32,000 bases of DNA from Trichodesmium erythraeum IMS101 (lineage in GTDB: Bacteria; Cyanobacteriota; Cyanobacteriia; Cyanobacteriales; Microcoleaceae), in the NCBI RefSeq assembly GCF_000014265.1, contig NC_008312.1, positions 1,110,001 to 1,142,000 on the forward strand, written 5' to 3'. This document shows, in pieces, positions 11,006-21,310 of this stretch (positions within the stretch are counted from its first letter, which is position 1; each line of letters starts with the position of its first letter). Under the pieces are notes generated by a model. That model saw nothing but the letters and a program-made list of their open reading frames with translations, ran no database searches and was not told the origin of the DNA. A program made the translations under genes and the position numbers.

Positions 11006-11131
11006 ATGAATCAAATATTAGAATATATTTATCATTATCCAAAATAGACAAAGAGAATTATTGGTATTACAGACAAACAGCTAATAAAATTAATAGAAAA
11101 TGCTCAAAAAATTGAACTAGAAAGAAGACAA
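11006..11131 (+). pseudogene. relic of a transposase N-terminus (HTH region of a DDE_Tnp_4 / IS5-like transposase) with an in-frame TAG
   Basis: Own translation gives MNQILEYIYHYPK*TKRIIGITDKQLIKLIENAQKIELERRQ, with TAG at 11045-11047. It resembles N-termini of cyanobacterial Harbinger-like transposases from memory. Similarity is lost after about 40 codons. Confidence 0.35.
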
Positions 11132-11239
11132 GCGATCGCTTTCCTGTCGTTATTTTGGTCAGTCGTTATTTTGCTCAGAAACCCAATTTTCCCTATCTGC
11201 CATTTCTACAAAAATAACATTGTCAGGCTCCTGAGAAGT

Positions 11240-11458
11240 TTACCCCATCACCGACATCACATCATCATCGTTACCAGTCACTGCAACAATTAAAACCCTA
11301 TTGTCCTGATCATACTTAATGGCCTTCCGTTGTTTAGGCATTAACTTGTAGCAAATAGTTACGCTGCCGTCAGGTTTAGTAATGGCCTTGTCCCAACTAA
11401 AACTAACAACGGCATCTTTCTCGCGCGCTCGCTTTGCAAAGTCTATAAATTCTTGCAA
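11240..11458 (-). CDS. hypothetical small protein, possibly a gene fragment
   Basis: 72-aa ORF with only a TTG start. A stop lies 11 codons upstream and there is no convincing RBS. I recognise no family. Confidence 0.25.
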   Translation of the reverse strand: MQEFIDFAKRAREKDAVVSFSWDKAITKPDGSVTICYKLMPKQRKAIKYDQDNRVLIVAVTGNDDDVMSVMG

Positions 11459-11931
11459 AGAACGAGCCCATTGACCAAAAACAATGGCCTAACAATTTAA
11501 GAAAGGGGCTTTATCCTTAGTCTTGTGAATGATTTTCTATTCGTAAATATTATTTGTTGGACCAAACAATTAATGTTTGTTAACTTCAGTTATGAAAGAA
11601 AATGATTTTTCTCTACTTATATTTATAGCAATACTTTTAAGAATTAGTAAAACTCAGCTTATGTAGAAGATATTACTTCGGTTATGGTATTTGAAGGAGA
11701 TTAGATAAATAAAAATATTTACTAGCGCGCCTCTGCAAATTTTCAGACTAAATTACCAAATAACGGACTTGATTTTTATTACTGACTGCTGCTAATAGCT
11801 AGATACTAGAGTGCAGATAAACAAGCAAATGACGGACAGTGTAAATGGTAAAAATATTTTATTATGGCTTCCTAAACTGGATAGGTGTACTTCACGGGCA
11901 ACACCAAATTTATGTATATATAATCTTACAA

Positions 11932-12537
11932 TTATTTAGTAAAAATTGTTAGTAATACTGATCCTAATAAGTAATAATTAGCTTGTAAATTTAACCCCGC
12001 TTCCTTACCAAATTTTTCACGAGCTGTTGGACTGTAAAGTTTCAAACCACCAGGAGAAATACTCAAATACTGTAATTCATCTTGCCATTTAAAATAGGAA
12101 TCAACTAAATAAAAATATCCACCATGGCGTAACACTCTATTCACTTCATTAAATACCTGTTGGGGATGAGGATAATGTAAAAAACTAATAGTGTTAAAAA
12201 CAGCATCAAATACATCATTTTCAAAAGGTATTTCTTCAGCATTTCCTAATAAAAATTTTAAACGCTGTGGATAACAATTACGACTATTAGCTTGACTTAT
12301 CATTTCTGGAGATAAGTCTAAACCATTACCTTGAAGAGTAGGAAAATTAACAGCAAGACGATGGAGAAGTTTTCCTGTACCACAACCTAAATCAAGTACA
12401 TTTGCTGAATTTGATAAATCTACATATTCCAGTAACCTTTTATGTATAGCTTGATAAACTATAGAAGGGAATAACCAATCATAACTTGGTGCCCAAAGGT
12501 CAAAAAATGTTTGTTTAACAGAAGTCTTATTTGTCAT
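11932..12537 (-). CDS. class I SAM-dependent methyltransferase
   Basis: 201-aa ORF with SAM motif I (VLDLGCGTGKL), post-I (GLDLSPEM) and motif II/III (FDAVFNTISFLH, LRHGGYFYLVD). Confidence 0.85.
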   Translation of the reverse strand: MTNKTSVKQTFFDLWAPSYDWLFPSIVYQAIHKRLLEYVDLSNSANVLDLGCGTGKLLHRLAVNFPTLQGNGLDLSPEMISQANSRNCYPQRLKFLLGNAEEIPFENDVFDAVFNTISFLHYPHPQQVFNEVNRVLRHGGYFYLVDSYFKWQDELQYLSISPGGLKLYSPTAREKFGKEAGLNLQANYYLLGSVLLTIFTK

Positions 12538-13315
12538 ATAATTTCAGTTTTTAATTATCAGTTATTAGTACGTATAAAAAAGCTATAGACTTGAAATACT
12601 GGAATTTATAGAGTATTTATTAGGCTAATAATAAAACTATTTCAGGCAATATACTCGCCCTAAAAAGTTTGATCATTAATAATAGAAAATTAATAATTAT
12701 CAAGCTCCCTATAAGCAATTGCCTGAGTCTCCTAATCATGGAATAATATAACCATATTTATTTAGTCTTTAATCAATAGTGAGGTATATAGTTATACATA
12801 TCAATTGTATTCATAGAAATATTTAATTTATGCCATATCATAAATAAGTTGGTAATCTTGTCCCATCAAGGTTTTGAGTAAAATTGGTGTAGGGTGACGG
12901 GGAGTATTTTTCACATTCTGCTAATCTGATATTCAGTTTTTTCTGCCCTCCCCATGCCTAAATATTTTGACTCTCCTATCTCTTTTACCTAAGACACAAG
13001 TACTATTACCAGTAAATTAATTAATTAAAAATTGTTATTTATAATAGAAATTTATATCATAGACTTATTAGCAAATTATGGCGTGGGATAATTGATAGTA
13101 AGTTAATCAGGTTCAATCTATTATTAATTGATAAATATTGTTTTTTTACTCTTAGAAAAATTGATTTTATTATAACTATGTTTAAGCTAATTTTCCCAAA
13201 AATATGTACTGTTTAATTATTAAAAATTAGAACGAAAAAAAGAGAAAATTTTACTATTTAATAATTGGGAAAACTAGCCTATTGTGGATAGTTTATAATT
13301 AAATTTTTAAATAAG

Positions 13316-13678
13316 TTATTTCTCCTTTACTCTAGTAATTTCAATAGTAACTTTGCCACCAAAATCGGGTATAGGTGCGGCTAATTTAGTTAAACGAACC
13401 TTGACATTTTGTACTAGTCGTTGTTGTAAAATATCTGTAGCGATCGTATTCGCTACTTTTTCTAATAAAGCAGACTTAGATTGTTTTACTAGTTTTTGGA
13501 CAGTATTAACTATACTACCATAATCTACAGTATCTTCTAAGGCATCACTTTTGCTAGCAGCAGTCAAATCTAACCCCAAAGTTAAATCTACTTCAAACCA
13601 TTGACCTAATACTTTCTCTTCTGGAAAAAATCCGATGTATCCGTAGCATCGAATTCCAGTAATGGAGATTGAGTCCAT
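13316..13678 (-). CDS. folB: dihydroneopterin aldolase
   Basis: 120-aa ORF. ITGIRCYGYIGFFPEEKVLGQWFEVDLTL ... DTVDYGSIV ... LLEKVA aligns well with E. coli FolB. Confidence 0.88.
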   Translation of the reverse strand: MDSISITGIRCYGYIGFFPEEKVLGQWFEVDLTLGLDLTAASKSDALEDTVDYGSIVNTVQKLVKQSKSALLEKVANTIATDILQQRLVQNVKVRLTKLAAPIPDFGGKVTIEITRVKEK

Positions 13679-14314
13679 AATAACTAATTAAAAAATAGTT
13701 CCATCATTTTATTATATTAAATGGTTTTAATATTAAATGGTTAAACTATTCAGATAATTTATGAAAGGGTATATATTTATTCCTTCAGTTGTTAGTTTTG
13801 AGCAAATGATGAAACGAAACCTCTCCTAAGTTAATTCTTGAGATTTTACTAAGGCATGGCTAAATTCTCCTAACACCTCGAAGATGACAATTAATACAAC
13901 GGTGGCTTGAATTTATTCCTTATTAGTGCTAATCCAACATTTTCTGGTGGCAAAAAATGAGTTAAATTAATTCTAAATAAGGGAATTAACTTAATGGTAT
14001 AAAATGATTAAACCATTGGTAATTTATGATTTATGCCTTTTTCCATCTATATTTTATATTTAAACTTATTTTCTAGCCCTATTTTGCTTAAGTGCTATTA
14101 TACTACAATTTGGCTAAAAATAATTAACTATCCTTTCTGGCCGTGGATTATTAATACAAAAAAAAGGGACTTTGTATACAATATCCCTAACTACTTGTTT
14201 AAAAAAACTAATTTTGTACTTTAAGAGTATAGAAATTACTATAAAATTGAGGATTATTGATAAAATAATATCAACCAATCACGAACCAGTAAATTATAAG
14301 CGATCGCTCTAAAA

Positions 14315-14830
14315 ATGTCTAATCCTACTAACTTAAAGAACTCCCCAAAAAATCAAGGCCATGTAGCTATTGGTATGGGTAGCAATTTGGGAGAATCCCT
14401 TGATACTCTCAAGAATGCCATTCAAACTTTAGATGAAATTGCTGGTATTAAATTAATTACTTATTCTAGTTGGTATAGAACTAAACCTATAGGTCCACCA
14501 CAACCAGATTATATTAATGGTTGTGCATTATTAAAAGTAGAATTAACCCCTCATAAATTATTAGAAGTTCTGTTAGATGTTGAACAAAAATTTAAACGGG
14601 TACGTTTAGAACATTGGGGACCTAGAACTTTAGATTTAGATTTAATTTTATATGATGATTTAATATTAGATACTCCTAATCTGCAAATACCCCATCCTCG
14701 AATGAAAGAAAGAGCTTTTGTACTTGTCCCACTAGCAGAAATAGCTCCTAATTGGATCGACCCAGTTTCGGGAAAAGCGATCGCTCTTCTTCAAGAAGAG
14801 GTAGAATGTTCTGGAATATCTAAGCTGTAA
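14315..14830 (+). CDS. folK: 2-amino-4-hydroxy-6-hydroxymethyldihydropteridine diphosphokinase (HPPK)
   Basis: 171-aa ORF with IGMGSNLG, WYRTKPIGPPQPDYINGCALL, HWGPRTLDLDLILY and IPHPRMKERAFVLVPLAEIAP, matching HPPK signatures. Confidence 0.92.
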   Translation: MSNPTNLKNSPKNQGHVAIGMGSNLGESLDTLKNAIQTLDEIAGIKLITYSSWYRTKPIGPPQPDYINGCALLKVELTPHKLLEVLLDVEQKFKRVRLEHWGPRTLDLDLILYDDLILDTPNLQIPHPRMKERAFVLVPLAEIAPNWIDPVSGKAIALLQEEVECSGISKL

Positions 14831-15502
14831 AATAGAAAATATTAACTTGATTTTCTGGTCACGGAACGTAAATTCAATAATACTGGAAATTTGTAGTTGA
14901 TACTAAGGAAATCTCTTGAGGGTAATTAATTTTCTCTAGCTTCTGGCTTGTTCTCATTCCTAAGTGAGGTATTTGAAAAAAGCAATCTATAGATAGGGGA
15001 CTTGACAGTTCAATAAAAATTGACTACACTTACTTAAACTTACACAATACTCAGGGATATTGTAACAGCATGAGTAATGAGTGAAAACTATATGAATAAG
15101 TATCCTGAGCTTCCTGGTAATTTTTTTGCCTCAATAGGAAAGATAAGTTACAGACTGCACTCAGTGGTATATGGGTGAGACACTGTAGTCTAAAGCTTAT
15201 ACAATTCCCAAACCATGTAAGTTTGGGTAAGTTTAGTAGAAGGGGAAGAGATAAATTGATCATAGATAGGATTTACTTATTGCAAAGGAATTTTGGGCAT
15301 TTGAAATTGCTAATTACGGACTGCTCCACAAAAGTTGTTGTTTGCTATTGCCAAGCTGCACTAACGCAATGACAGAATTAGTTTATTTTACATAAGTCCT
15401 AATAGAATAATATTATACCTCTTCAAAAATGAGGATTTGGAAAGGGTGGGGCAAGGATTTGAGAACTTTTATTTGAGATGTCCATTAATATTGAATATAT
15501 TT

Positions 15503-16342
15503 ATGACACAAAACAAATTTTCTGAAGCCGATACAGAGGCATTTTATGATATTGAAGACAGTCTTTATCGTAGTTTTTGGGACTCAGAGGGAAGTTTATA
15601 CTGGGGCTATTTTGAAAATTTAACTGAGGCAAAACCTAAAAATTTTATCACAGCTTGTAAACGGTGGAACGAATATATGTTGTTCCAGAGTGGGATAGAA
15701 AAAGATTCGCGAGTACTAGACCTTGTTTGTGGTAATGGCAATACTGCTATATGGCTATCCCAACAGACAGGGTGCGAATTAGTAGGAGTTGACCTCAGTA
15801 GTGTCCGCATTGAGAACGCCAAAACCAAAGCACAGCAGTACCCATCACTCAGGTTGAAGTTTATCAAGGCATGAGCAACTAATCTACCTTTTGAAGATAA
15901 AAGGTTTACCCATGTTTGGAGCCAAGCCACATTATATCACGTTCATGATCGCCATCAAGCATTACGATCAGCTTACCGCGTACTTGAGGAAGGAGGCATA
16001 TTTATATTCGATGACCTGATAAGTCCGGCACAGGAAATCAACGAAATGGCCCGTAAATATGTATACGATAGATTGCTGTTTGAACCAATATTTAGTCTGG
16101 ACTCCTATAAAGAATTCCTCAGGGAGTTAGGGTTTATGGTCTTGGTAACTAAAGACTTGAAGGAACACCTAAACAAAAGCTATGAATTGCTGTCCCAGTT
16201 AGCTTTGGCTAAATACCCGGAACTAAGTGCAGCTTATGATCAGACGTGTAAAGCAATTAAAACTAATCAATTAGGATGGGGATATTACTCATGTGAAAAA
16301 GTCAGCGATCGCCTCTCCTGGATTTACAAAAATGGTAAATAA
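15503..16342 (+). pseudogene. sarcosine/dimethylglycine-type N-methyltransferase-like gene interrupted by an in-frame TGA
   Basis: ORFs 15437..15874 and 16046..16342 are in the same frame. Read-through gives ...SLRLKFIKA*ATNLPFEDKRFTHVWSQATLYHVHD..., with TGA at 15872-15874. It has SAM motif I (VLDLVCGNGNTA) and the N-terminal FYDIEDSLYRSFWDSEGSLYWGYF. The likely start is the ATG at 15503, because the track TTG lies inside a dispersed repeat. Confidence 0.8.
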
Positions 16343-16903
16343 CATAACTTAGAGGAGAAATATGATGCCTGGGCAGCTGTTTATGATACAGACTTAGACC
16401 AACCTTATCATTGTTCTCCAGTCCATTCGGCTAATGCCTTATGGAAAGTATTGCCAGATAAGGATGCCATCATCCTAGATGCAGGAGCAGGCACAGTTAT
16501 GGTGGGTGAAGCTCTAGCAGAATTAGGATACAACAATATCATCGGGGTTGACTTTTCCGAACAAATGCTAGAAGTAGGGAGGAAAAAGCAGGTTTATACC
16601 GCTCTTTACCAAGGTAATTTGGAATAACCTCTAGCTTTTGGCTCTCAAGCAAGTTATAATCTAATATTAGCAGTTGGTGTATTCACGTTTGGTCATGCTC
16701 ATCCTCGTGCTTTAAGAAATCTGTCCAGTTTGCTGAAACCCGGTGGATATTTTGTACTAACTGTGCGAGTAAATTATTATGATGATGAGAGCAATTCCTT
16801 ACACGAGGTACTTCAAGAGTTACCTTGGAATTTAGTTACTCAAGAAAGTTTTAATATTTATGAAACCGAACCAATGTATGTTATGGTTTTGCAAAAGTCC
16901 TAA
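16343..16903 (+). pseudogene. second class I SAM methyltransferase, without a start codon and with an in-frame TAA
   Basis: Own translation, in the same frame as the previous gene, gives HNLEEKYDAWAAVYDTDLD...ILDAGAGTVMVGEALAELGYNNIIGVDFSEQML...YQGNLE*PLAFGSQ...LLKPGGYFVLTVR...VLQKS*. TAA is at 16625-16627. There is no ATG, GTG or TTG in frame near the 5' end. Confidence 0.8.
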
Positions 16904-17117
16904 TGGTACTTAAACATTTTCTGGTTGAGAAGATGGGTCAAAGTCTGTCTAGACAAGGAAATGACGTCGATACCCTAAAAATGGCTAAAACCTGTGCTGG
17001 TTCATAATTTATAGCTTGTTTTACATCGAGCCCTTTTGATGTCTATAATTTGAGTCTGTTTTCTCCCTCTATTTTTTTTAATTCCCACTGGTTGTAAATG
17101 TAGACAAAAAAGAAATC

Positions 17118-17594
17118 ATGACTACAATCAAATTAATGCATGCTAAACTTCATCGCGTACGAGTAACAGACGCAAAGCCTGACTACGTTGGCAGCGTGAC
17201 TATAGACTCGGATTTACTCGAAAAAGTAGGAATTTTGCCTTTAGAAGAAGTGCAAATAGTTAATCTTAATAATGGCCAACGTTGGTTAACTTATGTTTTA
17301 CCCGGACAAGCAGGATCGGGTATGGTTTGTCCAAATGGGGGTGCGGCACTTCTATGTAAAAAAGATGATATATTAATTATCTGGGCTAATGAACAATGCG
17401 ATCGGGCTGAAGTCCTAGAAAATGGACATAAAGCAAAAATATTTGTGGCAGATGAAAATAACCACTGCCGAGAATTTCTCTATCAAATTTTAAATCCCAA
17501 TCAAGGAAGTGTTGAATTTCACTCCCTGCCAGTAATTCCAGAAGGTAAAACATCTGAATACCTCCAACAAATGATCGAAACAAATAAAATTTAA
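17118..17594 (+). CDS. panD: aspartate 1-decarboxylase proenzyme with a ~30-aa C-terminal extension
   Basis: [25 protein letters not shown] preserves the Lys9 equivalent and the Gly-Ser self-cleavage site. LTY and PNGGAA motifs are present. It is 158 aa versus 126 aa in E. coli. Confidence 0.88.
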
Positions 17595-18063
17595 TCTTTG
17601 GAAAATAACACAGTTGAAAATAATAGGTGAGTAAATATTATACCTAATTTTATTGATTAGATATCTCCAGAAAAAGTTTTGGCACCAGATTCCGATCAGC
17701 GAAAAGCTGATTATAAAAGCTGATCATAAATATCTATATTATGCCTGACCCTATAATCAGCCTATAATAACCAGATTTAGTATCAAACCCTGGGCCCGCC
17801 GTTACCAAATAGGCATTTTTGGAGAGGTCTATTTGATAGGGAAGTAGGGAGTTGGAGAAGCCATTTAAAAATAAGTTGTACAAATTTAATCGGAAATGAA
17901 TTGTCCAATCTAGCTTCCATAAAAAAACTGTTCAGGTTATTTTGACACGAGTCTGGGAAGATAAATTTTAAATTAGTATCCCTAGTGATAGGTGCTCAAA
18001 AATCTTCTCTAACTACTTACTAATGCTAGATAATACTAGATCGAGAAATTCAAGATTTCAACT

Positions 18064-19281
18064 ATGGGCAATAGTCCATTTATTACAGTAAAAGGAAAAC
18101 GTTTCTACTACATTTGGTTGCATGATAACTTTCTGAGTTCTTAATCTCGCCATCCTACTTCCGTTCAAAAAATTTATGATATTTCTGAGGTTATAATATC
18201 TCCCAAACCTCTAAAGGTCCAGTTAACAGATAATGACCTGATTATAGACTGGGATGAAGAAACTCATCATCGCAATATTTTTCCTATTTCTTGGTTGATC
18301 AGTCATGCTTATGATGAAGCAGCAGAAAAAGGGGACTTTCACAGTAAAATCGAACTGTGCAAACAAGAAGAAATTTTATGGGATACTGCACGGATAGAAG
18401 CACATTCACCAGAAAAACACGACTTTAATTCATGCCGCCCTCTCGACAGAAGTGACTTATCTCGCCAAGGTTGTGTTGAAATATATACCTTGGGTTTTGC
18501 AGTCATCAAAAATATGCCCTTATCAGAGTTAAATAATTTTCTCAGTAGTATTGGGCCAATTCCTTATACAGAGGGGGGACACTTCTATACGGTAAAATCT
18601 AAGCCAGCGGCTAATGACATAGCTGACACTGGGCACGCGCTACCTCCCTACACAGATTATGAAAGTTATATGTATGCTTCTCACCTACTGCAATTTCTTT
18701 ACTTTAAAGCAACTAATGAAGATTCAACACTTGTAGATGGCTTTCGGGTAGCCCAAGATTTTCAAAAGCACCACCCAGACTATTTCCAAATTTTGGTAGA
18801 AACTCCTGCTCAGTTCCAGCAGTTTTACACAGAGTGGAAATATTATCACCGTCTAGACTATTTCCAAATTTTGGTAGAAACTCCTGCTCAGTTCCAGCAG
18901 TTTTACACAGAGTGGAAATATTATCACCGTCGTAGTCGCCGGATCATTGAATTAGACATAAAAGGGGAGGTTTCAGGAGTTTATTTTGGTAACTCCCACG
19001 CTTGTAATTGGGATATTCCTTTTGACAAAATGGAAAAATTCTATGAGGCTTATAGTCAATTCTTCCGTTATTTGAAAAGTCCTGAATATCAGTATCATTT
19101 CCGTTCAGAAGCAGAAGACTGCCTAATGATTCAGAATTTTCAAGTGCTACATGGAAGAACAGCTTTTGATGCTAATTCTGGTTCGCGACATCTAGAGGTT
19201 TCTTATGTAGCTTGGAATTACTTTACAGGAAGAGAAATTTTTCGGCAGTTTCAACATTTGTACTTGAATGAGAATTATTAA
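18064..19281 (+). pseudogene. gamma-butyrobetaine hydroxylase / TauD-family Fe(II)/2-oxoglutarate dioxygenase, decayed
   Basis: The frame is continuous from ATG 18064: MGNSPFITVKGKRFYYIWLHDNFLSS*SRHPTSVQK..., with TAA at 18142-18144. The N-terminal GBBH-type Zn-Cys motif has lost its cysteines. The canonical HTD reads YTD (PPYTDYESY). The distal VLHGRTAF is retained. There is also a 26-aa internal duplication. Confidence 0.8.
18777..18932 (+). repeat. perfect 78-bp tandem duplication inside the dioxygenase pseudogene
   Basis: 18777-18853 is identical to 18855-18931 (agactatttccaaattttggtagaaactcctgctcagttccagcagttttacacagagtggaaatattatcaccgtc). This duplicates DYFQILVETPAQFQQFYTEWKYYHR in frame. 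Confidence 0.95.
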
Positions 19282-19342
19282 ATTAGATGATTTGAGAAGT
19301 TGGTTAATGAGGCATCAAAATGAGTATTTGGTAGATACCCAC

Positions 19343-20268
19343 TATATAGAACCTATTTGGGATCTTTTTTTGCCGTTCAGGCGATCGCCAATCTCTTAAG
19401 CATAAGTCTAACAAAACAAAGATTAATCTTGGTGGTGGCATTCTCAAGAGTTCTTTCAAAGTTTTTGACTAAACTCTTACATCTTTCCATCCAAGAATTA
19501 GTTCTTTCAATGACCCATCTAGCTTTGACGGGTACAAAACCCCTTTGTCCCTGCTTCTTCTTCGAGGGCTTTCGAGGGCTTAGGTGAGAGCTTAAACCGA
19601 ATCTTGGTCATAATCGCTGGATAAATTTTTTTCAACTCAATCGTTAATTTTTCCGGGTGATATCCGTATGTCTGAAGAATAGTGATTTTAGGAATATTGA
19701 CAGGTTTAGATTTGAAGTAATTAATATTGTCAGACAACATTTCAATTAATCCCACATCATCAGAGACTGATGCTTTAGTACAATGAGTAAAAAAAGGAAA
19801 ACCTAGGCTATCTACTGCTAGATGCCGCTTGATTCCATTAGTACTCTTGTAAAAGCAAAATCCTTTCGACTCTGTACTTGCATTACAAGTATTTTTGACT
19901 GCTTGTGAGTCAATGATGATTAAAGTTGTCCCGGAGCGCTTTTTTTTTTACCTTTTGACGCAGTTGTCCATGTAAAACATCTCTAATCTTCTCAATTACC
20001 CCTTCCAATACGCCATTGTTTGTAGTGCCAAAATACCGTCGAATAAGGAGGTAAATCCTTGGGTAAATCACACCAGTTACAACCATTCTTAAGTTGGTAG
20101 AGAACACCATCCAATATTTCTCTTTTAGTCCATTTGGGGGGAAAAGTTCTTTTCTTTTTGGGTAACAGGGGTTCAATTATAACCCACTCCTCATCTGTCA
20201 AGCTACTAGAATATGGCATTTTCTATCCATTATAGTCTTTCAGAAAGATCCCAAATGGCTTCTATATA
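19343..20268 (-). mobile_element. IS5-family insertion sequence (about 0.93 kb), degenerate
   Basis: Terminal inverted repeats tatatagaacctatttgggatcttt (19343-19367) and the complement of 20244-20268 (tatatagaagccatttgggatcttt) match at 23 of 25 positions. They enclose a DDE transposase reading frame. Confidence 0.88.
19377..20219 (-). pseudogene. IS5-family DDE transposase split over three frames
   Basis: The N-terminus is MPYSSSLTDEEWVIIEPLLPKKKR...LYQLKNGCNWCDLP. The frame changes near 20010, again at the A10 tract (T10 on the plus strand, 19940-19949), and at a 10-bp tandem duplication (19561-19570 equals 19571-19580). Removing one 10-bp copy restores ...SKKKQGQRGFVPVKARWVIERTNSWMERCKSLVKNFERT... 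Confidence 0.85.
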
Positions 20269-20398
20269 TTTAGATATGTATGGTTATAATGGCTCAAAAA
20301 ATTGGAATTCAATTCTGAAAAGATTCTAGGTAGTTTATTTTAATAAATTTAATGAATCTTAACTAATGCAAGAAGTAGACAAATAATTTTAACTGATG

Positions 20399-20479
20399 CA
20401 GGACTTACGCTAAAATGTATAAGTTATGTTTTTTGTAGGGGCTAACAACAGAAGTTAAAAAGTTTGTGTGTAAGTTCTG
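20399..20479. repeat. small hairpin-ended dispersed repeat (MITE-like), copy C, 28 bp upstream of the first SDR gene
   Basis: caggacttacgc at 20399-20410 and taagttctg at 20471-20479 form the termini, with one mismatch to the taagtcctg arm. Confidence 0.55.
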
Positions 20480-20507
20480 TGATGATTAAATTTAATTCTC
20501 AAAGACA

Positions 20508-21227
20508 ATGATTAAAAAAGCACTTGTAACGGGTTCAGCAGTTGGAATAGGTAGGGCGATCGCTCTCGACTTAGCTAGGAAAGGATTTGATGTAGCATTT
20601 CACTATAACCGAAGTGCAGAAGCAGCCAACCAAGGAAGTCAAGAAGCAGCTACCTACGGAGTCAAGTCTATTGCTCTACAAGCAGATGTTACTAAACCAG
20701 AGCAAGCTAAATCTTTAGTAGAAAATGCAGCCGAAAAACTCGGAGGGTTATCTGTTGTAGTTAATAATGTGGGAAACTTTCTGGAAAAAACAACTAGTCA
20801 AATATCCATAGAAGAATGGGATGAAATGCTTGATTCAAATTTAAATTCCACTTTCTATGTCACTCAAACAACAATTCCTTACCTCAAGGCAGCAGGTTGG
20901 GGACGTATTGTCAACTTCAGTTTCGCAAGTGCCCAACATCTAAAAGCAGATGACCAACAAACAGCCTATAGAATTGCCAAAACTGGTATAATCATCTATA
21001 GTAAGTCCCTAGCTCAAGAATTAGTTAAGGATAAAATTACAGTAAATGTAGTTGCCCCAGGAGCAGCAGAAAATACTATTGGTCTGGAGGAAACTATTCC
21101 TCTGCTCCCAACTAAGCGACCTGCAACTTTGAAAGAAGTAACTCATGCAGTTGCTTTTTTTGTCAGTCCTGAGTCAGATTACATTACTGGGCAAGTTCTG
21201 GAAGTAGCAGGGGGTTACAGGTTGTAG
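20508..21227 (+). CDS. SDR-family NAD(P)-dependent oxidoreductase, copy 1 (possibly pteridine-reductase-like)
   Basis: 239-aa ORF with TGSAVGIGRA (TGxxxGxG), NNVGN and the YRIAK (YxxxK) catalytic motif. Confidence 0.88.
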   Translation: MIKKALVTGSAVGIGRAIALDLARKGFDVAFHYNRSAEAANQGSQEAATYGVKSIALQADVTKPEQAKSLVENAAEKLGGLSVVVNNVGNFLEKTTSQISIEEWDEMLDSNLNSTFYVTQTTIPYLKAAGWGRIVNFSFASAQHLKADDQQTAYRIAKTGIIIYSKSLAQELVKDKITVNVVAPGAAENTIGLEETIPLLPTKRPATLKEVTHAVAFFVSPESDYITGQVLEVAGGYRL

Positions 21228-21310
21228 CAATACTTAGCTATTTTCCTTGACAAAGATTGGGAATTTTAGCCGACTGAAAATTGTTATTGATTAAATAAAG
21301 GAGTTCAAAA

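Noticed and set aside
15872-15874. In-frame TGA in the first methyltransferase as selenocysteine or programmed read-through.
   Set aside because: I saw no SECIS-like hairpin immediately downstream. The position is not a catalytic Cys site in this family. The neighbouring genes carry TAA and TAG nonsense codons too, so ordinary decay is the simpler explanation.
19343-19348. TATATA flanking both IS ends as a definite 6-bp target-site duplication.
   Set aside because: TATATA is its own reverse complement, so it fits equally well as the outermost part of the inverted repeats. This cannot be resolved without other copies or an empty site.
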